Shown here piece by piece: positions 12,482-25,300 of a stretch of DNA of 28,397 nucleotides. How positions within the stretch are numbered: the stretch's first letter is position 1; every line of letters starts with the position of its first letter. The DNA comes from Trichoplax sp. H2 (lineage: Eukaryota): positions 62,001 to 90,397 of the forward strand of contig NOWV01000249.1 of the NCBI GenBank assembly GCA_003344405.1, written 5' to 3'. The translations under genes were made by a program, and so were the position numbers. Under the pieces are notes generated by a model. It worked only from the letters and a program-made list of their open reading frames with translations, was not told where the DNA came from and did no database searches.

Positions 12482-12714
12482 ATAAGATATTGCCTGCTCT
12501 ACCTGTGATATACTGTAGAATTATAGGTATTAGCTGCTTCTTTACTGAATAAATAAATAATAATTACTACTAGATTATAGGGATATACATAATAAGATTA
12601 TGCCTGCTGTACCTGTGATATACTGTAAAATTACAGATATTAACCGCTTCTTTACTAAATAAGCAATGATTGCCACTAAATGATAGGGATATACATAATA
12701 ATAAGATTATACCG
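12482..12714. repeat. Tandem duplication, unit about 110 bp, about 2 copies
   Basis: tgcctgct(c/g)tacctgtgatatactgta at 12491 and 12601; atagggatatacataata at about 12577 and 12683. Confidence 0.85.
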
Positions 12715-12829
12715 ATAAATAAGAGCATATAAGCGCAATCATAATTGCATATTTGCATCTGTTACATTTTGGACAAGCATTTTAGTGCTAAGGACCTTAT
12801 GCACATACAACAAGAACGCTTTTGCAAAT

Positions 12830-13380
12830 GGGAGAATATGCTGATTACATATTGCGTATAGCTACTGTGCTTAGTTTGAATACTGTAGGCAAAAAAATTG
12901 AGAAAGTCCCTTTTTTTTGAGACAGTGAATGTTATAAGAGCCTTAAATAGTAAATCATATAATTGTACTATAAGATTACAATAAAGCTTTTGAAAATGAG
13001 AGAATATACCGATTACATAATTGTATCTGTTGTGCTTTGGGTGAGTATTTGAATACTGTACGCAAAGAATATAAGAAAATTCCCCTGTTTGTAATAGTAA
13101 ATGTTATAAAGGTCGTATACATATGCATTATTATGCAACAGCGCCTCATTAACGTCCCTAAAAATATTGAAATTTGCTGATGATGCCTTCACAGTCATCA
13201 TCTTTTGGATCAGCATTTTGGTACAATACTTGAAGAATATGAGCAATGGTCACTATCGTAACAATAAATGTTATAAGAACCTTCTGGGTATGTACAGTAT
13301 ATTATTAATTTATATTATATTTGTAATGTAACATTACAATAATGCCCCTGAAGTATGAGAATATGCCGCTCTACACATAT
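12830..13380. repeat. Degenerate tandem repeat, unit about 170 bp, 2 copies plus a partial third
   Basis: gagaatat(g/a)c(t/c)gattacata at about 12832 and 13000, with a looser copy at about 13357; tttgaatactgta(g/c)gcaaa twice; aatgttataa three times. Confidence 0.75.
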
Positions 13381-14289
13381 GAATGAGCTGTTAGTAATAC
13401 TCTACTAACCGCCACAATAGATCAAATAGTCGTTAGTTTTCCTACTCACAGACCATGTTTATATCATTCATTTATTCAATTATTTATTCTGATATCTCTA
13501 TAAATCTGTCATCATTGCACATATACATATAATTGACTAATTGACCTAGTTCACCGAAAGAATCAGAGCGATGTGTATGATCGAGATGGGAGCTATTGTA
13601 CTGCAGATAGTAGTCCATAATTAGTAGAAATCCATGTTATCATATACCACTGACTACCAACTGTTTGGTCCAGTGGTAAAATCTATTAATTCTACTGGGT
13701 ATTCTGCTTTAAAGCCGCTAGAAAAATATTTGTTAGCAACTTTCCAGAATAGAGTTAACTAGGCGATATCGACTAGATCAGCGACTCTTTGCAAAAATTA
13801 AAAGTGACAACACCATTTATGGTACAATAATGCTCAATGTTGGCATTAATAAGGTCCTTAACGTAGACCCAATTTAGACTGCTACACTATGCCATCACAA
13901 GCCACCAAGTTACAAACTTCATTCTAACCTTACTCAGTAACACTAATTTAGATATAGTAACGAAGATACCTGCCTATATATGGTATAACATACTACGGTT
14001 TAAGATCCCTATAAAGGAATATAATCCTTTAAAATTTTGTTGCAAATAGCAATCCAGCGTAGCTACTGCCAACCAGTACAGTATAATCAAGTTAGTCGAC
14101 TTCCTAAAATAAATAAATTCTCCATATAGCAATGCTATAACTTTTCATTTTTACTATCGTGAATGTCAATACAGGGTACTCCTAGAATGCTATATTACGA
14201 TAGCAACGAGATGACGGGATGTTATGAAAAAAAACGCATAAAAGTAGTTTATCAATTCTTCTTTACGTCTTATTAATTGACGCTCAGCC

Positions 14290-15787
14290 ATGGTAAAAAT
14301 TTGGCTTTCAAGTAATCTAATCCTATCGTTGCTACTAGAGTTTCTTTTAGTAGGTTATCAAATACAAAATACAAATGGAGCGATGTCATCTCAGGGAATC
14401 AATAATCGGGCACTATCACACAATCAAACATTGCCACCGTCAATTAGCTGGAATAAGTTAAAATTTCGCTTCGTTCGATGTGGACATGATCCTAGCAAGC
14501 AATATTGTTCAAACTACGCAATAATGCTGGTTAATAATTTCCCAAACGACGGCAAAATGGCTGCCAATGTCCTCAAGCTCTATAATAAATTAGTCCACAA
14601 TGGATTTCGTTCCAGTAACATTCGAGTCTTTTATGGCAATGGTAGCATACCTATAGAATATTGTAAGTTACAGCTAGAATTCAAGAAATACACTTGTAAT
14701 ATATGAATTTAATTATGTAATTTGCTTATCGAAACAGTAGCACTAGTGTATTACCTGAAATAACAAGGTTTGTAATGATTACATATTATTTCGTCTATGC
14801 TACTGATAAACGCTGTTGATTTATAGTAAGGTAGATAAAGTCTAAAGATTTGGTCAATGTAAGAGAATCATATAATATATCACTAGAAATTAATTCTACT
14901 TTATTAATCACATCTAGCAACCACAGTTTGCAAATTAGCTAGGTATTAATTTAAAGAAAAAGATTGATGAATCATATCCCTTGCAGATGTAGCATATCGT
15001 CAGAATCGACACTAAATGCTATATTTAAGATAAAATTTTATACCAATCTCCGAGATCTCTATCATTTAATTTAATGTTTACTCTTTAGCTGATATTCCAA
15101 CCTTTGGAAACATGCGATTATATCCAGCAACCTCAACTTATAAGCGTCCATTTCTCCGTTTGATAAAACAAATGTGTAGTTGTAAGATTCGATCAGGCCT
15201 TATTTACGTTAGCAATCCCACCTCAAAAGACGGTAGCATTTTGCTACCAAAGCCATCAGACAAACAAACTATTGCAGGGAAAATGAGACGCGTTAAACTT
15301 TCAGCTAATGCATTTGGAGTTGCCCTCCTTGATTGCCAAGCCAAAGATATGCATATTATTGCCGATCAAAGATTAAAAATTCCGGACGTTGTCCATGAAG
15401 AATACTATGAAAGGAATAACACACGATTTTATAATGTGACTTACATTGGTTCCTTGTATTATAATGAAGATTGTGTTCGAGGCGATATGACAAAAAGACT
15501 GATCAAAGTTGACTGGAGATATTGCAACGATCAAGTAGTTAAGGTAAATAATTTCAAACCGAAATTCCAGAATTGATCTTAAAGAAATTATATCTAACAC
15601 AATTAAATAACGTGGCACACTTTTGATTTAGTTTATGAAAAATCCCATGTATAGCCTGAGAGATAAATGCCAGCCGGCAATTTATCGAGATTGGAGGAGG
15701 AAAATTCTAAACAGAACTCTCTTTGGCTCCCGTTGTGGGAAGCATCGCACATCTAGCAGTGAACTTATCCCAGCAATGTGGTGTTAA
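14290..15787 (+). CDS. Uncharacterised predicted secreted protein, 327 aa, legumain/caspase-like (clan CD) fold, probably catalytically inactive; exons 14290-14662, 15089-15543, 15632-15787
   Basis: Hydrophobic N-terminal signal-like segment. Junctions T|GTAAGT...ctttag|CT (phase 1) and AAG|GTAAAT...gatttag|TTT (phase 0) give one continuous frame ending AMWC*. Motif order resembles C13 peptidases: NYAIML, NVLKLYNKLVHNGFRSSNIRVF, LIYVSNPT..DGSILLP, LSANAF, MHIIADQ. The gene model is solid; the fold call is inference. Confidence 0.75.
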
Positions 15788-15909
15788 ATTCGTACAAGCT
15801 GAGATATTATCTGCGATTAATTTTATATACTATGCATAAATCGATTAAATCTATCGGACAGTTTCAATAATAGATCGTTACTAAATGGCTAAAGTAAAAT
15901 AGGATGCAT

Positions 15910-17730
15910 AATCAATAATAGTACAGCAATATACTTTATGATTGTAATCCTTCGCTATATTGCCAGAATATCCTTTAACGTCTTTATTCGTTACATCCAA
16001 GTTATGGATTTAATTGTTGCTTATTTAGGAAATAAATTATGTAAATCGTTGATCTATCGGGTCAAAATCTATATTTTACGTAGTTTATCCAGCGAAAATG
16101 ATGCTATGAAATGTATATGCATATGCTTCTATAAGTTGCCATTTTAAATGTGATAGTGAGATTACCTATTGAAGAATCTGATTACCACTAGAGATTCTGG
16201 GTATAATCATTTTATTATCGCTTAAGTAAAAATCTCCTAAACATAAAGAAGTAAGCCCTGGAATAGGAAAAACTTATCCGGAAGAGTATACGTACATCCT
16301 TGGTTGATGGTTTCATAACTTGATAACTTTGTATGCTTTGTCAGGTTTGATTGCTGGCCGCTTTACTAGCTGTTTGATCGATGTTAGCGATCAAATCTAC
16401 CATGCATGATTTGTCAGTAATCCTCAATTATTAAGAGTTAGTTTGAATATCAATCCTGCGTAAGATGAGTGCACAAAACTATTAAATCTCTCTAAGTAGA
16501 ATATCAGTCCCAAAATTAAATGTATGGATTGATCTCCGTAAACTACTTCAAATCATAGCAGCTAATTTCACGCTTAGCTTACTATTAGCTATAAAGTATC
16601 CAAAATTAGACCTTTCCGTGACGGCATAAACTTCTCGAGCTATAAAGCCCGGAACGAAATGTTAGAAATAGAACTACTAGGAGGCACGTAAAACCACTGT
16701 AATGTAATTCTCATCATAACAAGATCTATCAACAGGCAGATCATTAATAATCTCGAAGAGATTTTAAAACTCTGGTTTCATTGGCATTCCAATGAGCAAT
16801 ATAAGCATGATACATTATCACGATAAGCCCTGAAATTGGCGAAATGTCAGCATTAATATGATACTAAAGCTTTCTTTAAGAAAGATGATATCATCAATCT
16901 GGTGCGGTAACAGTACTTTCTTTCAGATATTTTATTACTTTATGGTAGCTATTTCGATTAAATTTATATGTGTGCACTTATTTATAATAGAAAATCTATT
17001 GCTTTTTTCTTAGCTATGATGAACTCAACATAAGGAAGCCAGTTCTGAATCGATTTATGTAATATAAGCAATCCTCTATTACAAGTCATTTTAATCCACT
17101 TAATAAACTCTGCTTACATAACAGCAATTGTTTATTGCAAAGTTGACCCAATTATTATGAAGAGAATGACCTCTGCCTCATGCTGTGGAGTTTACGATTA
17201 TTTTATTATTTAAAATACGCTTTCATGGTTCGGTAAAGGATCACAAAAGAATGTTTATTAGTCCAACATCCTCGTAGCGCACCCTATTTACTAATTTTTA
17301 CACCATGCTATCAGCAGGGATTGATAAAGAAGTACTTTCTATTCTCTATTAAGTAAGAGCATTATTTCAACAGTAGAAATGAAAAATACTTTAACTTGTA
17401 ATTTAAAAGTAGCTGTAATTAGTTTATTGGAGAGATACCGTTGGAGTAGGTAGATGTTATATTAATTTAAGCGATAGAAGAAAAAATAAACTATCCATTA
17501 TTAATAACGAAACAGCGCTTGTATTGACTTATGCCGTATATGGTATCAGATTATAATAAAATATACCTATCACACTACTTCTAATATCAGCAATCCATGC
17601 AATTTCATTTTAGCATTTCGAGTAAATACAATTTAAAAGTATGTAATGATGTTGATATGATATTATACATTACCAATACCACTTTAATACACTTATCTTA
17701 TTCCCTAATAGAGATAATTATCTCATTCCG
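15910..17730 (-). pseudogene. Possible heavily decayed leucine-rich-repeat gene remnant
   Basis: Minus-strand fragments broken by stops and frameshifts: LSLLGNKISVL, NEIAWI, SNKISE, FQGLS, ISNISFRA, TLPDKFFLFQG/GLTSL, FYLSDNKM, SGNQI, ISNN*IHNL. There is no open frame, and AT-rich DNA can mimic such motifs. Confidence 0.35.
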
Positions 17731-17921
17731 TCATGTTTTCTTAAGATTTAGTAAGATCTAAGTAATATTTATAAAGATCTCATTAAGATCATTTTACCCA
17801 ATACTATGTCAACCATAGTTAAAACCATTGCTCTTTTACGGAAAGAATTACTAGTTTCGATCATATGTTATAAACTTATATCAATAATGCTTTAGCTAAA
17901 GATTTATCTTATTTAGCTATT

Positions 17922-18150
17922 ATTTAGTAGGTAACAGTAATGTCTAGTTCATTTAATAGTAAATATCCGGTCTGGCTATCATATATTACGTAAAGTAATA
18001 CCTGGTTCCATTGAATGGTAAGAATCTGATTTGACTATCATCTAGTATATAAATGTTAATGGCTGGTTCCATTAAATACTTGGAATCTAGTCTGACTATA
18101 ATCTGGTAGGTAAATATTAAGGGCTGATTTTATGTAACAGTAAAAATATG
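17922..18150. repeat. Degenerate minisatellite, period about 60 bp, 3.5-4 copies
   Basis: ct(a/g)gttc(c)att at about 17944, 18002 and 18063, each followed by (a)atc(c/t)...(g/a)ctat(c/a)at at the same offset. Confidence 0.75.
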
Positions 18151-19318
18151 TTAAACATGATGACAATAAAATACTGGCCTGTTGATTTAATCTATAAATT
18201 GTTATTTAGCACTCAGAATTAGTCATTGAAAAATTTCATTATTTCTAGATGTTCGTGTTCATATCATCTTCAATTCATCCAACTTAATGAGTACTGAGTC
18301 TGTACTTGTATAGTTATCTACCCATTCTTTCAGCTTTGATAGCTTAAAAGCTATTCGAAAAAAAAGGAATTTAAACATCTGTTTATTAAAGCTATTTGAA
18401 TTTAATAATTTATAATTAATTTATAGGATAAAATAGGACACCTGTTCGTTAATATAGTGCTGTATGGTGCGACTGATGTAACCACTACAAAGGATACTTC
18501 CATGTTATTCTTTTCATTGAGTTAATTATATGCTAACAAACATCATTCTAAATAATAAACCATAATACCTTTATTTATAAAATTAATACAGCATAACTTT
18601 TCGATCAGTAATTCTATTTTAATACACCAAATGAACAAAATCTGAAAACTGACATAACCATGTTCTATATTTGAATAATCTTATATTGTTCATAGATACG
18701 GATATTTTTTATAGATTACGTAAAAGTAATCGTAATATTGGTTGTTATAGCAATTTATTTTTACTCGCAGTCGTTATGCTATTGTCAGCTTATTTTTAGC
18801 TACTCAATGCCATTTTACATAATAATTTAATAGTAATTATTTCATTTCCCATCCAAATAATTCTATCTGCATTGTACTGCATATCTTTTGATTTCTATAA
18901 CCTTATTCTCAATAGAATATGTTATTTCCATGGCAACAGGTCTGGCAGAACAATCGCTGATATTATACTCTTGTCAAGCCAATGACGGGAAAGAATAGAA
19001 TTGTCAAGTATGTTGCAAGCGATATAATTCACTAAGAATCAATTATTTCTATCAGTTTAGCTTATAAGAAAGTATTTTAGTCTATCTAGTTCATAATAAT
19101 TCATTACATCAGGATTCAAGAAAGCAAGCAAGAAGAAATTGATTTCATTTGAGCTATAATATCAACCATCATTGGCACTCTGATAAATTAAGAAAATCAT
19201 TCAAAATTTTAAATAGTTGTGTGTGACATTACTTTACTAGTCTCTGTTTTAAGAGATTATTTGGACGATAGTCCGGCGCTGCCATTGACTGGTAGTAAGA
19301 TTTGAGTAAAGAAAAAAG

Positions 19319-22300
19319 ATGAAATCGCTTGTGATAGCAAATTTAGTATTTTTACAAATCATTATCTTCAATAGATATGGAGACGCTCAAGAAATTTATA
19401 AATTTGGTAAGTTAAAGTAATTATTAAAGTATTTTATTTACAATTCGTGAAAATTTTCGATTATTGGCTAGTTCGTATTGGTCTACAAAATGTAACTTAT
19501 GACACTAATTTATCAAAAGAAAAAGCCACTTTAGAATTAGTAAAACTTGATTACATCACACTACTTTCTAGGTACATTTTTACTTTTCATCATCAATAAT
19601 TATCGATGATTAACAGATCCTCTTGTAGATTAAATTTATCATTCGTCACTATAATTATGAATGATAACTTTATTCTACAAACGGGTCCGCTAATCATTTC
19701 TTAACTCTATAAGATAAGATTTTGGTGTCATATTCTAGCCCTGACCGTAACCCTAATTCTTTACTCTCAACCTTGACATCTACTTGCAAACCCTAATTAT
19801 TAATGATTTTTATCGCGAGGCATGCTACTTCGTTAAGAATGCTCCCTATTTTAATATTGACTTATTCAATTAACAAAGAAAAGTCAAGCGAATCTATCAT
19901 TCTACCGATCAAATTATGAGAAATATATATTTTGATACCCTTTATCATATGAACCCGACAAACAGACTTTAATGCACAATCTTTTTACTCATTTCATTTC
20001 AATTAATATTACTTTTTAATTTTAAAAACAAATTAGACTCCCTTTCTAGCACAATGATACTTGCCATATTTTAATATAATTTCAGTATCTTGCATTAAAC
20101 AAATCATGTTTGTTATGTCGATTTTTTCATGGTTGATTACTATAACATCAATAGCGCTAAGAGCATGGTCTAAAATCCGACTAAAATCGGAGTCTTACCT
20201 TATTTATTCAAGATGATAAAAGCGTTAATATCAACCGATATCGTCATCGACAGGAAAATGAAGAAAAAATTTGAAACTTCTGCAAAGTTAATACAGACTC
20301 TACCGTACTAATCTCTTACTTTACGATGATATATTCTTTGCTTAACCGTAAAAGACAATGTGCTGGTTGTTCTTTTTTATGTAAACTAAATCTCTAATAA
20401 TAATTAGCGTCTAAAATTGTTTGTAGTCCACAGTAAAGTAGAAACATAATTCTCTTAATGAGTCGGAATATCGTTATAATCTAGTTAAATAAAATGTAAA
20501 TGTTGTTTTAGTACATGTTAGTAGTTCATCCATTCCGTATTAATTTATGAACATATTGTTTATTTCAACATTGAGTTACATACACTTAACCATGTTTATA
20601 CTCAATTGACGTTGAAAATAGTCAACACTTGAACAAAAGTTTTGTTGACTATTCGGATTCGAATTACAATAAGTCAAATGTAATTGTAGTTTTAACTAAA
20701 GCCAAAACATTAAAAAGCCACCTAAAACTATCGTAATTATCTTCATACTTATTAGACGAAGCTTTCGTCTTTAATAAGATGCTATTACATCGTGCATCAA
20801 AATAAAATCTAATTATTAAAAGTTATGATAATAACTTGACTTGGAGCATCTTTTGTTCTTTCGAAGGTAAAAGATGACTTTAATATGAATATAAGCAACA
20901 TTTTAAATTAAGACAGTTTTCTATATTCACTGTTATTAGGCGGCTATTATACTTTTCTTAAACCAATATATCATGCATACCATGATTCTCATATCAGAGA
21001 GTTAGTTTAGTAATTTCTTTCTTACTAAATATCTCCATTTTCCATAACTTATGAGTATTTTTTTAGACGAAATACGGACAAAAATTTTGGAAAACTTTCT
21101 TTAGATGCTTGATGTTTATGATGGTTAATTTATGAATCTACTGGCCGTTTAGGTTCTAGAAATTCATAAATTCATAAATAATACCTCTAGGATTATTCTA
21201 CTTTTTAATATCAGAATGCCAACATCCAAGTTGTTCTGGCTCTGAAAAACGCGTCATTTTATTATAGATTGCCTAGTAGTTTAGCTAACAACTAATCAAC
21301 TCAATTACTCACGCATGGAGTAAAATTAACTGAAGTGTTCATGCTAACTAAACTCATCGATTGATTAAACATTTTAATAATCTTTGTCATCATAGTTAAT
21401 TTAATTCTAACGATCTTCTAGGTCTTATAACGCCACCCCAATTTCCTGAATTAGAAAGGGCCATAAATATGACGATGGCAATGATTAATAATAAGGAAAT
21501 TGCTAGTCTGCAATTAGGCAATGTCAAATTATCTGGAATCTTTCGATCAGCCGATATATTTAGCCCGTACGATAACTTGAGAAAAGGTAAGAAAAGTAAA
21601 GAAATTGGTGTTATTTAATCAGCGAAACTTGATAGTGTTAATACGGAATTAACTAAATCGCATAAATTATGAATAAGGAGGAAGAAAATTTGAAAATAAT
21701 TTAATACTTTTGTAATTTTACCAATTGCTCAAATTCGATTAGCTTGTGAAATTATGAGCCAAGGCATCGTCACTCTTATTGGACCACTTTCATCAAGCGC
21801 AACAAAAGGTGTACAAAATATCTGCTCTCCACTTCAAATGCCACAAATTGCACCCGTAGCAACCGATCCATCTTTATCTAGCAATTTCAATTATAACTAT
21901 TTATTAAGAATTATAGCACCAGACAATTTCCAGAGCACTGCTATTGCGTCAATTGTAGAACGATATAAATGGACCAAAATGTCCATTTTAGCCTCCAGTA
22001 CAGATTTTGGTTTGTTAAATCAAATGATAACATATGACTTTGCTATAAGATTTATAATTAAGCTCTGATTTTATGATAGGAATTAACGCTTTAACTGAAT
22101 TTCGCCAAATTGCATCAAGAAAACTATGGAGGATTCTGTCATTTGAATTATATGCAATTCAAAATAACTCCTATGTGGCAGATATTGAAGGTTACTTACA
22201 GAGGATAAAATCTGCAGGTGAAAAAAATGATAAGCTAATAATCCAAATAAATATTCATCACCTAAAAGATATACGAGTAATTTACTCTCTCTTATAAGCA

Positions 22301-25300
22301 AATTACGTTGGATAAGTAAATTATCTCGTTATAAATATCTCAATGATGATTTAGAAAACAATTTTTTTTGCTTTTTTAGGATCTAAAGTCGTTATTTTAG
22401 GCTGTGAAGGAGAGCATGCTACACAAATATTTGAAGCAGCGAATCGGCTAGGTCTACTATCACGGGGCTGGGCTTGGATTGTTGTTGACACTGTTCCATC
22501 ACTGGTAAATAAAATGATATGTAATTAATTGATTTGTTTTACGGAGGGGATATAAAATAACATTAATTGACTAATAAATTGTACTTTAGGAATCTTAAAT
22601 TGATAATTAATCCTACCTTACCGAATCAATCTCAAATATTTTAGGCACCTATCCATACTGTTATTGATTTATAGCTGAATTGTATTGATGCAATTTACAG
22701 TTATTTTTAAATTTTAATATTATGACAAATCTGAATAGATATACATAATTCATTTGATATCGTACTATAATAAATTTAACATATAACAGTAACAAGTTAA
22801 GTAGAGTAGTAAAGAGTCGAAGATGAATAGAGTAATATTGCTAAATAATTAAAATCACTAGCGTAATGATGAATAGGTTGGGATGATTTTGTTCAGAACG
22901 ACAATTAATTCAACTAACATGTTGTAATATGCTGATGAGAATAGTAACCATTGAAAATAAGTAAGAGCCATACTTAGTATAACGTAAGATGGATATCTTA
23001 ATTGCCTATATCAAGCCAAACCTATTTAGTTCTGAATTAGTAGTAATATTGTATAAAAAATTCATAACAGTTTATTCGTCGCTATAGAAATATACATCAG
23101 ACTAACATTTATACAGATAATGATTCTGCCCGGATAGTATTAATTCTAAGCTTATCAAACCCTATTTTATTCTAGTATCCTACCCTGCCTTCCTATACTA
23201 ATGGCATCATTAGCTTGCGTTATTACCAAACGGAAACAAGTATACTTCGTTCTATAAGAGCACGCTATAAGCAACTTTATAATAAAGAACTGCAGGTAAG
23301 GCTTAAATACAGCTGTGATCAATATTATTTTTATCATTGAAGCAGAGATGATCAAGAATAATTTATTACTATGAGAATTTTCTACTGATAATAGGTATTA
23401 CACTATCGATATATTGATGCACTATTAGCCTTTGGTTATGGCATCAAAAATATGAAACAGAAAGGAATTACAATTATTCCGACATCACTCAATTGTAGCA
23501 GCAATCCTACTCAGCCTTGGACTAATGGAGCAAAAATGCTGCAACTAATTAAAGAAGTAAAATGAATTACTCATGTGATAGAATGATTTTGAACTCTTTT
23601 ACTCCTTCTATAATTTTCAAATTGCATTGAAATAGGTAATCATTATCCTTCATTGACAATATATAATGTGTATTAATGCAGAGTTCTGGCGAATCAACTT
23701 CAAGTCCGATTAATTTCACCGCATTGGGTGGACCAACCTATAAGATTTGGGATGTTGTTAATTTACATGGTACTACTTGGTCTACTGTGAGTAGTCTCGG
23801 ATGTTAATTTATATCAGTAATATACTTATAGTCTATATTATTAAATTAAATAGCACTATTTTGTCCCTTGTAAGTAGCCTTAACTATTAATTTACATCAC
23901 CAATGTAAATATATATGCTCCATCTCTGTGTAAGTGGCGATAACATTGTACTATACGCATAATTTTAGGTTGGAAATTTTACAGTACCGAACCAGTTAAA
24001 TCTTGATGGTAATTCTATCTATTTTATGGATGGAGCTAGGATTATTGCAGATTCTGGTTCATTTTTGAAGGGAAAGACTATTGTTGTCACAACAATCATT
24101 GTAAGTCTAATTGATTTCCTACAGCAATTACTGAATCATTGTAATTGGCGGTTCTTCTAATTAAATTTGTGAATATGGTTTCATATAATATGTTAGCTAA
24201 CATATAAGTTTATATGTATACCTATACTTAAAAATAGGAGTACAACATGATAAATATATTATCGTTTTCAGGAACCTCCATTTACTATGATTGAAGACAA
24301 TCCTGCTACTGGTAGAAACTATAAAGGCTATATCATCGACATGATGGATAAATTAGCGAGTAGTCTAAATTTCAACTATACAGTCCGTTTAGTTGCAGAC
24401 GGTCAATATGGTGCTCAAACGATGGTCGATGGTGCTCCTCAATGGAGTGGTATGGTGGGAGAAGTAGAAAGAAGAGTGAGTATATATCTGCGTGGTTGCA
24501 GATTAATATAAAATTATATCAGTAGATGCCCATTTTCACTCTCTTCATGACTAGAAAGATATTTTCATTCTGTTCATTTCCATCTATACTCTAGGTGGCT
24601 GATATAGCTGCAGCTCCTCTCTCTATCAGTCCCGTTCGCCAACAAGTGGTCGATTTTTCTATGCCTTATATCGATCAAGGTTTGACGGTATTAACACTGA
24701 AAACCTCTGGGCAGACACCATCATTATTCCAGGCCTTCTTGCCTTTAACTGGCGAAGTCTGGCTATGTATCCTACTTTCAATTACATTAGTAGCTATTGC
24801 TGTTACATTTATAAATCGTTTCAGTCCATTTGATCATTATGGTAAAGCCTGTAAGCAAATTCAACCCTTGTATAATTCCAACCAAACTGGTGTTTCTGAT
24901 AAAGATTACGCGACTTGGATGATAGAAAATGAAGAAGATATTGAAGCTTTCTCATTGTATAATAGCTTATGGTATACTTTAGAATCATTTTTACTACAAG
25001 GTGCTGATAGAACACCAAGATCATTCTCTGCACGCTTAATTACTGCAGTTTGGTGGTTAGCATCAGTGATAATTACTTCTACTTATACCGCTAATTTGGC
25101 TGCCTTTCTAACAGTAAATCGTCTTCAACCGAGTAAGTTTATATCTATATTCTCAATTTAAATTACTATTCATTTATAGTTCTCTTATTCTATGTGTAGA
25201 GAGAAGACTGATAATCGTACTGTATTACAGTGTGCTACTTAATCACATCAATCTTCATTTCATAAAAGCAATAATGATTACTTTAACTGTTTATTACAAT

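Noticed and set aside
12570..13246. Minus-strand ORFs at 12570 and 13013
   Set aside because: They fall within tandem repeats and have no protein-like signature.
15373..16147. ORFs 15373-15618 (-) and 15938-16147 (+)
   Set aside because: The first is antisense to the secreted-protein exon 2; the second has no recognisable motif or linking splice sites.
10895..18150. Repeat arrays as CRISPR-like loci
   Set aside because: Units are long and degenerate along their whole length, with no conserved-repeat/unique-spacer pattern, no cas genes, and a eukaryotic context.
19738..19797. Telomere-like CCCTAA words (ccctgaccgtaaccctaa...aaccctaa)
   Set aside because: Only two exact hexamers; too short to call an interstitial telomeric repeat.
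22083..25033. Minus-strand ORFs at 22083, 23167 and 24821
   Set aside because: Antisense shadows of iGluR exons.
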